Shown here: in pieces, positions 55,400 to 64,000 of the stretch | Position numbering within the stretch: position 1 is the first letter of the stretch | How the letters are laid out: each line of letters begins with the position of its first letter | Source: a virus | Taxonomy: Duplodnaviria; Caudoviricetes | DNA: 64,000 bases | Direction: 5' to 3' (one strand) | Virus record (IMG/VR): IMGVR_UViG_3300009182_000063 | Coordinates: 571-64,570 of that record | The notes under the pieces: model-generated | Seen by the model: only the letters and a program-made list of their open reading frames with translations | Database searches by the model: none | What the model was told of the DNA's origin: nothing | Program-made: the position numbers and the translations under genes

Positions 55400-58189
55400 A
55401 TGGCATCAATAATTAGAATAAAGCGTTCACCAAGTGCTGGTAATCCAACAACACTGGGTGCTGGTGAATTAGCGTATTCTGCGCTGACAGGCACCCAATC
55501 GAATGGTGGTGATCGTTTATATATTGGTTTCGGTACGGAGACCTCAGGTGATGCAGCTAACCACTATATTATCGGTGGTAAATATTTCACTGACATGTTG
55601 GATCATGTCACTGGTACACTGACAGCAAGTTCTGCTATTCTTGTAGATTCAAATAGTAAAATTGATGTTCTTAAAACAACGAATTTACAAATTGGTGGTT
55701 CAGGTGTAACGAACTATATTCAATCTACTGATACCAATGGTAATATTGTTTTAGATCCAAATGGCACTGGTTATGTTTCAATTATTGGAACTAATGCTTT
55801 AGTAATTCCATCGGGAACAACTGCTCAACAAGCACCTTCAGTTACTGGTGCTATTCGTTTCAATAGTGATAACACTGCCTTTGAGGGTTATAATGGCAGT
55901 GCTTGGACATCTCTTGGTGGCGTTCGTTCTGTTGATGGTTTAACATATATTCGTGCTGAATCTTCTTCTGGTGCATCTAATGACGAATTAGAATTCTTTG
56001 CTGCAGCAGCAGATAATACAACTTCCACAAAGTACCTTGGTTTAAACAGAACTCGTTTAGCAGTTCTTCCAACAACTACTTCAACAAGCACTTCTACTGG
56101 TGCTTTAGTTGTTAGTGGTGGCGCAGGTATCGCAGAAAACTTATGGGTCGGTGGTACTACTAACCTTGCTGGTGCATTAACTTATGGTGGTGTCACTTTA
56201 AGTAATGCTGTCACTGGTACAGGTAATATGGTATTAAGTGCTTCTCCAACATTCACTGGTACTATTGTTGCTCCTAACGCAAATAGTATTTCTGTTGGAA
56301 CTCCTGCTCTGGGTACGCTAACTGGCGCTGCGACATTTACTACATCAACTAGCGTAACTGACGGAATCGCAATCTTGAACCAAGTACTAAGCAAACTCGT
56401 TCCTGCTCAACCAAACAGTTTCCCTAATGCAGTTTCTCTAACAGTAAGTGGTACGGCTTCTTATCGTATTGCTGTTGTTCAAGCATCTCAAACACTTAAT
56501 AGTAACACTGGTCTTCAGGTTGCCGCTGGTTCTACTGTCTCAACGCTAAGAGCAGCGACTTTCTCAACTAATACTTTCTCAACGATGGGTCCAGGCGACT
56601 CTGGTACAGTTAGTGTTTATAGAAATACTTCACTGGCAACTAGCCATGTGATGACTGTTGGTAATACGACAGCCACTGTTGTTACTGCAACTGTTACTGC
56701 TACTACTAATACTAGCGCAACAGTTACTATTTCTGCTGTTACTGGTGTTGTTCAGGCTGGTCATAAATTCTTGGCATCTGGTACTGGTTTTGGTGGTTTA
56801 ACTTCTGGTTCTTACTACTATGTTCAGTCAATTGCTGGAACTCAAGCAGTGTTAAAATTATACGATAACACAACTGGTGTTATTGGAGCAAACTTTGCTG
56901 CAACATCTACTGCCACTGGCACTGTAACATTCACTGCTTCTAGTGATGCGGGTACTTATACTGCAAACAATACTTCTTTAGTAATTGCCAACAATATTGC
57001 TTACCCAACTGGCACTCCAGGATTCTGGGAAACAGTTGATATTTCAGCAAGCGGAACTTCTGTTCCAGCTGGTTGGAACACTGTTCAAATTCAACATAGT
57101 GGCGCAAGTAATACTGGTACCACTGCTTGGTACTATGACTCAAGTGCTCCAGGAACTCCTGTTGTTACTCCAACTGCTATTACTGCGCCAGTATCTCCTA
57201 CTTACAAATATAGTAGTACTATTCCTCACTATGATGGAAGTGCTGCCAACGCATTTACACTATCAGCAACTGCTACTCGTTTGAGTGGTGACTGCTATCC
57301 AACTTCTGACACTTTCGCGACTGGTACTGCTGGTGGCGCATTTGCTGCTCCTGCTTCAGTAACATACTCTGGCGCAAGTGTAACAACTCCTCTGGCAGCT
57401 AACTTATATGTTGCTTCTGGTAGCGCAACTATTCCTACTACTTCACAGATTATTACTGGTTTCGGTTCTAGTGCAACTGGTCCAACACTAACTGTGGCAA
57501 ACAGTTATGCCAACGGATCTTCAGCGTTTACTACACTACTCGCAGCCACTGTTCTTTATAAGTCAACTACAACTGGTTCTACCACTGTTCTTGACGAAGG
57601 TAGTATCTTCTTTAACAGTGCTGTTGGTGGTTCAACAACTGCTGGTTATCGTGTTCCAAATCCAGGATCTGCTGATACTCCTGCTTTCACTGCTGGTCAG
57701 ACTGCATTTAATAGCCAGTCTGGAACTTTACAAACCTACGATGCTAAAGTCGTAGCGAACATACTTAAATATGATGTAACAAATTACTCCACTGGATATT
57801 TACCAGCTGGTCCTAATTTCTCGTCTCATGGTGCTAGTCAGTATTTCACTTTTGTGTTTATTAGAACTGGCGTATCCAAATTTAATATTACATATACCAC
57901 TTCGACTGGAATTGCTGGTATGTGGGTTGCGATGCCAGGAACTGGCGGAACAAGCGGAACAACTTCTACACTGAATAAGTGGCTGAACCTTGCTATCGAT
58001 AACTCGTTGGCGGATGGTGCTGCTCTCGGTGGAAACTTAGCCATTGCTACTACTGGCACTGTTTCTCAGAATGCTTCTTTCGGCACTTTAAGTTCTACTA
58101 ATTCAACTAATAATGAAATTTGGGTCAGAATCAAGTTAACAAGTGCACAATCAATCAGTGCCTTATATCTTGGTGCCTCTACAGTCTAA
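55400..58189 (+). CDS. Long fibre protein, 929 aa
   Basis: MASIIRIKRS...P..L.AGELAY N-terminal fibre motif; IPSGTTAQ...GAIRFN; STSTGALVVSGGAGI; T/S/G/A-rich beta domains. Confidence 0.7.
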   Translation: MASIIRIKRSPSAGNPTTLGAGELAYSALTGTQSNGGDRLYIGFGTETSGDAANHYIIGGKYFTDMLDHVTGTLTASSAILVDSNSKIDVLKTTNLQIGGSGVTNYIQSTDTNGNIVLDPNGTGYVSIIGTNALVIPSGTTAQQAPSVTGAIRFNSDNTAFEGYNGSAWTSLGGVRSVDGLTYIRAESSSGASNDELEFFAAAADNTTSTKYLGLNRTRLAVLPTTTSTSTSTGALVVSGGAGIAENLWVGGTTNLAGALTYGGVTLSNAVTGTGNMVLSASPTFTGTIVAPNANSISVGTPALGTLTGAATFTTSTSVTDGIAILNQVLSKLVPAQPNSFPNAVSLTVSGTASYRIAVVQASQTLNSNTGLQVAAGSTVSTLRAATFSTNTFSTMGPGDSGTVSVYRNTSLATSHVMTVGNTTATVVTATVTATTNTSATVTISAVTGVVQAGHKFLASGTGFGGLTSGSYYYVQSIAGTQAVLKLYDNTTGVIGANFAATSTATGTVTFTASSDAGTYTANNTSLVIANNIAYPTGTPGFWETVDISASGTSVPAGWNTVQIQHSGASNTGTTAWYYDSSAPGTPVVTPTAITAPVSPTYKYSSTIPHYDGSAANAFTLSATATRLSGDCYPTSDTFATGTAGGAFAAPASVTYSGASVTTPLAANLYVASGSATIPTTSQIITGFGSSATGPTLTVANSYANGSSAFTTLLAATVLYKSTTTGSTTVLDEGSIFFNSAVGGSTTAGYRVPNPGSADTPAFTAGQTAFNSQSGTLQTYDAKVVANILKYDVTNYSTGYLPAGPNFSSHGASQYFTFVFIRTGVSKFNITYTTSTGIAGMWVAMPGTGGTSGTTSTLNKWLNLAIDNSLADGAALGGNLAIATTGTVSQNASFGTLSSTNSTNNEIWVRIKLTSAQSISALYLGASTV

Positions 58190-58213
58190 TTAAAATAATA
58201 ATAGGAATAACAA

Positions 58214-61200
58214 ATGGCAATTTCAGACTCAATCAAAACAGACTTACTTTATAAGAAGCTGTTTGGTGTTACCAAGACTGACACGGCAGCAAATAAAAGT
58301 CCATCAAACGAAGCTACTGCAAGCCCATTCTTAAATCGTGGTGATAAAACTTGGACTCAGGCAAGTTTAATTCCAACTACTGCAGCTGCTGTTACTGGTG
58401 TTGTTCAAGCATATACAACTACTTCTAAAATAGAAACTACTGGAGATGCCACTACAACTAAAATTGGTGGAACTGCATATCCTACTTGGAACACTGGTTT
58501 AACTGATTGGATTCCACCCGAATTTGATACAGCCAACGTATCTAACACTTATCGTGTTCAAGTTTACTATGGTTTAACAGGTGTTTCTAATCCTGCTTCT
58601 ACTGGTGGTACTCAGATTTTTGCTGACGGATCTGGTGGTACTGGCGAATGGTATTTTGATTATCAGTCTGGTGTTCTAAACTTTATCGGTGGTACTCTAC
58701 CGAGTGGTATGACATCATCAAGTGTAATCTATATCTACGGATATCGTTACATTGGTACCAAAGGTTTTGCTGGCTCCACTGTTCCAGTTAACGCACTTAG
58801 AACTGCTTATACAACTACTGCCACTGCAGCTGGTACAACTACTCTAACTGCAACAAGCACTCAGAATCAATTCTTCACTGGTACAACAACTCAAACTGTT
58901 GTTCTTCCTGTTGCCAGCACTCTGGTTCTTGGTGATCGATACTATATTCAAAATAACAGTACTGGTATCGTAACTGTTCAATCATCTGGGGCAAATACTG
59001 TTCTGGCAATTGCCGCTGGAACATCGGCAGAATTTACTTGTATTCTTGCTTCTGGTACTACCGCTGCATCATGGGATGCAGATTATGTTGGCTTCGCTGC
59101 AATCAGCGGTACTGGTGCTGTTATTCTAGCCACTGGTGCAACACTTAACCAACCATCGTTTGCTGGTCCAAGTTTTTCTTCTATCTCAAACAGTGGTGTA
59201 CTAACACTACCAAATGGTAGTAATGATACTTTAGTTGCTAGAAATACAACTGATACTCTTACTAATAAAACACTTACTAGCCCAGTATTAACAACTCCAA
59301 CATTGGGTGTTGCTTCTGCCACTAGTATTAACAAGGTAGCAATTACTGCTCCAGCAACAGGTTCTACTTTAACCATTGCTGATGGTAAAACACTTACTGC
59401 TTCTAATACATTAACCTTCACTGGCACTGATTCTTCTTCAGTAGCATTCGGTGCTGGTGGTACTGTTCTTTATTCTGGTGGTGCTCTTGGAACACCATCT
59501 TCAGCTACCTTAACTAACGCTACTGGTCTTCCAGTTGCAACTGGTATCTCTGGTCTTGGAACTGGTGTTGCCACTGCTCTTGCTGTAAATATTGGTTCTG
59601 CTGGTGCTTTTGTTACATTCAATGGCGCATTAGGAACTCCTTCTTCTGGAACACTTACTAATGCCACTGGTCTTCCAGTTGCAACTGGTATCTCTGGTCT
59701 TGGCACTGGTATTGCTACATTCTTGGCAACTCCAAACTCAGCAAACTTTGCTGCTGCTTTGACTGATGAAACTGGTTCTAGTACTATTGTATTTTCGAAC
59801 AGTCCAACTCTTGTAACACCTACTCTTGGTGCTGCAACAATAACCAGCATCACTGGTTCTACTGGTAACTTTGTTGTCACTGCTGCAGCTGGTAATAATA
59901 GTATTTCTCTTACTCCAACAGGCACTGGTACTGTTGATGTTAATAGTAAGAGAATTACTTCTGTTGCTGATCCTACTCAAGCACAAGACGCTGCAACTAA
60001 AGCATATGTTGACTCTGTAAAAACTGGTTTAGATCCTAAAGATTCAGTTCGTGCTGCAACTACTGCTGCATTAACTGTTACATATTCTAATGGCACTTCT
60101 GGTGTTGGAGCCACTCTTACCAATGCTGGCGCACAAGCTGCAATTACTCTTGATGGTATTACTCTTGTTTCTGGAGATCGTGTCCTTGTTAAAGATCAAG
60201 CCACTGCTTTACAGAATGGTATTTACTCTGTAACTACTGTTGGTAGCGTTTCTACTAACTGGGTATTGACTCGTACAGTTGATGCTGACCAAGCATCCGA
60301 AGTTACTACTGGCGCATTTACTTTTGTTGAAGAAGGTACTGCTAACGGTAGCAATGGTTTTGTGTGTACAACTATTATGCCGATTACTATCGGCACTACT
60401 TCAATCAGCTGGGTTCAGTTCTCTGGTGCTGGACAAGTTATTGCTGGTGCTGGTTTAACTAAAACTGGTAATACACTTGACGTAGTTGGTACCACTAATA
60501 GAATTTTAGTTAATGCTGACTCTATCGACATTTCTGCAAGTTATGTTGGTCAGTCTTCAATTACTACTCTTGGTACTATCGGTACTGGTACTTGGAATGG
60601 TTCATTAATTGGTGCTACTTATGGTGGTACTGGTGTAAACAACGGATCGAATACTATCACTCTTGGTGGTAATATTTCTACTTCTGGCGCAGTTACTCAC
60701 GCTGGTTCGTTTACTCAAACATTTACTGCTACTGGTAATACTTCTGTTACTCTGCCAACTACTGGTACTCTAGCAACACTTGCTGGTTCTGAAGCATTAA
60801 CAAATAAAACAGTTAATGGTTTAACAATTTCATCTACAACTGGTACTTTAACTCTTGTAAACGGATCTACATTAGCAACTGCTGGTGCTTACAGTACAAC
60901 TCTTACTGCTACTGGTGCTACTAACGTAACATTACCAACTACTGGCACTCTTGCTACTTTAGCTGGAACAGAAACTCTTACTAACAAAACAATTAACTTA
61001 GCGAACAATACGCTAACTGCAACTTCTGCTCAACTGGCTACTGCTATTTCTGACGAAACTGGTACTGGTGTTTTAGTATTCGGTACTGCTCCAACGATTT
61101 CTTTACCAGTTATCGATAACATTAAGATGGGTTACAGTACAACTGTAACTGCAGCTGGTACTACTACTCTAACTGCTTCAAGTAACTATCGTCAATTCTT

Positions 61201-61927
61201 TACTGGTACAACTACTCAAACTATTCAGCTACCAGTAACCAGCACTTTAGTTGTTGGTATGGCTTATGAGATTGAGAATAATTCAACAGGATTATTAACA
61301 GTTAACTCTTCAGGTGGTAATGCAGTAGGAACAATTCCTGCAGGTGTTAGTGCCCATGTGATTTGTATTGGAACAACACTAACTACTGCTGCAGATTGGG
61401 ACTGGGATTATATCTCTTTCAATGCAATCACTGGTACTGGTTCTGCTGTTCTTGCCACTAGCCCAACTCTTGTTACACCAGTATTAGGTGTTGCAACTGC
61501 CACTAGTATTAATGGTTTAACAGTAACAACTACAACTGGCATTTTAACTCTTGCAAATAGTTCTACTTTAGCAACTTCTGGTGCTAATAGTATTACATTA
61601 ACTTCTACTGGTTCAACCAACGTAACATTACCAACTACTGGCACTCTTGCTACTTTAGCTGGTTCTGAAACATTCACTAACAAGACTTTAACAACACCAA
61701 CTATTAATGGTGCATCACTATCAGGAACATTCTCTGGTGCTCACACTATGTCTGGTGTTGCAACATTCTCCAATACGACTGATGCAACTAGCACTTCTGC
61801 TGCTGCTGTTATTTTGTCTGGTGGTTTTGCTGTTGCAAAAACAATCTATGTTGGACTAAATATCACAGGTGCTGGTGCAGCAACTTCAACTTTGGATGGA
61901 TTCCAGATTGATGGTGGTACTTACTAA
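58214..61927 (+). CDS. Long repetitive fibre protein, 1237 aa
   Basis: TLTNKT, LPTTGTLATLAG and DETG repeats; DAATKAYVD; GDRVLVKDQ..A.QNGIY; ends IDGGTY. Confidence 0.75.
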   Translation: MAISDSIKTDLLYKKLFGVTKTDTAANKSPSNEATASPFLNRGDKTWTQASLIPTTAAAVTGVVQAYTTTSKIETTGDATTTKIGGTAYPTWNTGLTDWIPPEFDTANVSNTYRVQVYYGLTGVSNPASTGGTQIFADGSGGTGEWYFDYQSGVLNFIGGTLPSGMTSSSVIYIYGYRYIGTKGFAGSTVPVNALRTAYTTTATAAGTTTLTATSTQNQFFTGTTTQTVVLPVASTLVLGDRYYIQNNSTGIVTVQSSGANTVLAIAAGTSAEFTCILASGTTAASWDADYVGFAAISGTGAVILATGATLNQPSFAGPSFSSISNSGVLTLPNGSNDTLVARNTTDTLTNKTLTSPVLTTPTLGVASATSINKVAITAPATGSTLTIADGKTLTASNTLTFTGTDSSSVAFGAGGTVLYSGGALGTPSSATLTNATGLPVATGISGLGTGVATALAVNIGSAGAFVTFNGALGTPSSGTLTNATGLPVATGISGLGTGIATFLATPNSANFAAALTDETGSSTIVFSNSPTLVTPTLGAATITSITGSTGNFVVTAAAGNNSISLTPTGTGTVDVNSKRITSVADPTQAQDAATKAYVDSVKTGLDPKDSVRAATTAALTVTYSNGTSGVGATLTNAGAQAAITLDGITLVSGDRVLVKDQATALQNGIYSVTTVGSVSTNWVLTRTVDADQASEVTTGAFTFVEEGTANGSNGFVCTTIMPITIGTTSISWVQFSGAGQVIAGAGLTKTGNTLDVVGTTNRILVNADSIDISASYVGQSSITTLGTIGTGTWNGSLIGATYGGTGVNNGSNTITLGGNISTSGAVTHAGSFTQTFTATGNTSVTLPTTGTLATLAGSEALTNKTVNGLTISSTTGTLTLVNGSTLATAGAYSTTLTATGATNVTLPTTGTLATLAGTETLTNKTINLANNTLTATSAQLATAISDETGTGVLVFGTAPTISLPVIDNIKMGYSTTVTAAGTTTLTASSNYRQFFTGTTTQTIQLPVTSTLVVGMAYEIENNSTGLLTVNSSGGNAVGTIPAGVSAHVICIGTTLTTAADWDWDYISFNAITGTGSAVLATSPTLVTPVLGVATATSINGLTVTTTTGILTLANSSTLATSGANSITLTSTGSTNVTLPTTGTLATLAGSETFTNKTLTTPTINGASLSGTFSGAHTMSGVATFSNTTDATSTSAAAVILSGGFAVAKTIYVGLNITGAGAATSTLDGFQIDGGTY
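59480..59712 (+). repeat. 144-bp-period internal duplication in the 1237-aa fibre
   Basis: CTGGTCTTCCAGTTGCAACTGGTATCTCTGGTCTTGG identical at about 59523 and 59667 (GALGTPSS.TLTNATGLPVATGISGLGTG x2). Confidence 0.85.
60923..61663 (+). repeat. Dispersed identical ~44-bp repeat pair in the 1237-aa fibre
   Basis: AACGTAACATTACCAACTACTGGCACTCTTGCTACTTTAGCTGG at about 60923 and 61619. Confidence 0.8.
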
Positions 61928-61990
61928 AATGAACTAAATACATGAGTCGCTGGGATTCTTATCTCAGCTTTAACCTTTTTAGGAATATGA

Positions 61991-62422
61991 ATGAGTAATC
62001 AAGTTCTACTCAAGAAATCATCAGTTGGCGCAAGAGTCCCTCAGACAACTGACTTGGCATATGGCGAAGTCGCATTAAATTATGCTGATGGATTACTGTA
62101 TTTCAAAGATTCCTCGAACGTCATTCGGTCTTTTGCTTCCTTAAATGCGACAGCAACTGAAACAAATAAAACATTAACATCACCTACTATTAATAGTGGT
62201 GCATTGTCTGGCACTTTTACAGGTGCTCCAACTCTTTCTGATACAACAGCTTCTACATCTAGCACTACTGGTTCATTAAAACTTGGTGGTGGATTGGGTG
62301 TTGTTGGTAACATTTATGTTGGCTCAGCAAGCAAAGTAGGTTTCGTAAACGCAAGTAACGTAAGCGCAGTATATCAAGTATATAATTCTACTACAAATAG
62401 TTTAGATACAATTTTTGGATAA
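61991..62422 (+). CDS. Short fibre-like protein, 143 aa
   Basis: LLKKSSV..RVP...DLAYGEVALNYADG.LYFK; STSSTTGSL.LGGGLGV; CTAAATA at 61934 upstream. Confidence 0.7.
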   Translation: MSNQVLLKKSSVGARVPQTTDLAYGEVALNYADGLLYFKDSSNVIRSFASLNATATETNKTLTSPTINSGALSGTFTGAPTLSDTTASTSSTTGSLKLGGGLGVVGNIYVGSASKVGFVNASNVSAVYQVYNSTTNSLDTIFG

Positions 62423-62428
62423 CAAATT

Positions 62429-63964
62429 ATGGCACCAGCAGCAGGCGTAACCCTTACTTCAGTTCCTACCAGTATCACAAAAGGCTCTACAGGAACATTT
62501 AATACCAGCTCAACTGGTTCATTAGCAAATGGTACCCTGTACTGGGTCATCAACAATGGCACCACCACCAACAGCAATTTCTCTGCGGTCACTGGATCAT
62601 ACACAGCCACAGGCGGCACTGGTTCATTCTCAATTGTCACCGTAACAGATGGCATTTCACAAGCTGATTTGACTTTTACTGTTAGTATATGGACTGGAGC
62701 AGGCGGTACTGGGCTACTTAAAACCACCAGTAGTACAGTAAATTTGGCCAGCCCCTCAAGATATTGGGTAGGAGGCACAGGTGACTGGGATGGAGTTTCC
62801 ACTGCAAATTGGTCAACCACATCTGGTGGTTCTTCTGGTGCGTCTGTTCCGACGACGGGCGACAAGGTGTTTTTTGATGCCAACTCTGGTGGTGGTACGG
62901 TCACAATCACCTACAACTATACAGGTGTCACCCCACAGTGTGCCAACTTAACCTGCACAGGTTTTACGGGTACATTAGGCGGTAGTTATGTTTTACAAGT
63001 CTATGGAAATGTCACACTATCATCGGGCGGTAATTATACTGGTTTATCTTTATTTGTAGCAAGTGGAACTTGCACTCTGACATCTGTTGGAAAATCAATA
63101 CAGGACTTGTATGTTGTTGACCCAGGAGCAACAGTTACTCTTGCCGATGCTGCAAACCTAACAGTAGATGGTTATCTCGAAATCTACGGAACTTTTACCA
63201 CAAATAATTTTAGTGTAACTTCTGGTTTTGTCGATATTTACGACACAACAGGAACATTAAACATGGGGTCAAGCACGTTTACTGTCAATGGTGGGGGATG
63301 GTATGCGGATCCTCTTTCAACCATAAATGCTGGCACATCTACTATCAATATTTCAGGTAGTCCAAGTTTTCCTTGTGAATTTTACGGTGGCGGCAAAACC
63401 TATTACAATTTAAACATAGGCAGCTCGCTCGACATATACGACAGCAACACGTTCAACACCATTTCAAACAGTGCGCAGCCTATCACGTTGAGGTTTGATT
63501 CAGGGAAAACTCAAACAGTAACCAACTTCACAGTGTCAGGCACTGCTGGCAACCTAGTCACTTTGAATCGCCTTGGTGCTACAAACTGGATTTTGTCCAA
63601 AGCATCAGGTACTGTGAGTAGAGATTATCTAAGTATACAATATTCAATCGCCACGGGTGGTGCTGCTTGGTATGCTGGTGCACACTCAACCAACGGTGTC
63701 GGCAACACAGGGTGGATATTCACAGCACCGTCTGCTGGTAGTGTAATAGCATCAAGAATTACATCAACAGGTGTATTATCAATATCTGGACAGTTAGACG
63801 AAGTTACTCAGGCTACAATTAGTCTTACACCAAATTTTTTATACTCTAGTGAGTTTGATGAGTATACATTACAAGGCGCTGGTGGAGGTTTAGTCAAAAA
63901 AGAAACATCAACTGGAAAAATCCAAGTTACTGGATATTTTGATGAATATGTTAAACCTACTTAA
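62429..63964 (+). CDS. Adhesin-like beta-helical virion protein, 511 aa
   Basis: RYWVGGTGDWD....WSTTSGGSSGASVP...D.VFFDANSG; beta-helix-like repeats; C-terminal LDEV/FDEY repeats. Confidence 0.6.
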   Translation: MAPAAGVTLTSVPTSITKGSTGTFNTSSTGSLANGTLYWVINNGTTTNSNFSAVTGSYTATGGTGSFSIVTVTDGISQADLTFTVSIWTGAGGTGLLKTTSSTVNLASPSRYWVGGTGDWDGVSTANWSTTSGGSSGASVPTTGDKVFFDANSGGGTVTITYNYTGVTPQCANLTCTGFTGTLGGSYVLQVYGNVTLSSGGNYTGLSLFVASGTCTLTSVGKSIQDLYVVDPGATVTLADAANLTVDGYLEIYGTFTTNNFSVTSGFVDIYDTTGTLNMGSSTFTVNGGGWYADPLSTINAGTSTINISGSPSFPCEFYGGGKTYYNLNIGSSLDIYDSNTFNTISNSAQPITLRFDSGKTQTVTNFTVSGTAGNLVTLNRLGATNWILSKASGTVSRDYLSIQYSIATGGAAWYAGAHSTNGVGNTGWIFTAPSAGSVIASRITSTGVLSISGQLDEVTQATISLTPNFLYSSEFDEYTLQGAGGGLVKKETSTGKIQVTGYFDEYVKPT

Positions 63965-63974
63965 ATAGAAAACT

Positions 63975-64000
63975 ATGGCTAAACTACTATCTGGCACAAG
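63975..64000 (+). CDS. Start of the next gene (MAKLLSGT..., truncated by the window edge)
   Basis: ATG after TTAAATA; only 8 codons visible. Confidence 0.45.

Noticed and set aside
1-64000. tRNA/rRNA genes, introns, inteins, homing endonucleases, transposases
   Set aside because: Intergenic gaps are nearly all under 70 nt and no such motifs were seen by eye; a covariance-model scan would be needed to exclude small RNAs.

Overview
AT-rich dsDNA phage DNA: the virion-morphogenesis region of a large T4-like myovirus with cyanophage/environmental-type gene forms. Host cannot be determined from this window. Layout: (1) 3' end of gp32 and a bidirectional CUUCGG terminator; (2) a minus-strand block with a tape-measure-like gene, gp51-like frame, gp26, gp16, a holin-like gene, gp54-like, gp2 and gp4; (3) a plus-strand baseplate operon (gp48, gp53, putative hub, gp5, PAAR, gp25, gp6, gp7-like, gp8, VrlC-like); (4) an 8.4-kb, nine-gene island between two related fibre genes, encoding two radical SAM/SPASM enzymes, a cobalamin-type radical SAM enzyme, two paralogous Asp/Asn-hydroxylase-like oxygenases, three unknown proteins and a 172-aa protein ending in YCHSNCHSNCHGSI, which looks like a phage-encoded RiPP-like or virion-protein modification system; (5) about 27 kb of fibre/receptor-binding genes arranged as paralogous pairs and fibre+small-partner cassettes, seven of which end in the same GCGGAGTTATAA-type junction. 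A probable -1 programmed frameshift joins gp26 to the gp51-like frame just upstream of the tape-measure-like gene. I saw no tRNA, rRNA, CRISPR array, integrase or reverse transcriptase. All protein assignments come from motif recognition and gene order, not from database searches.
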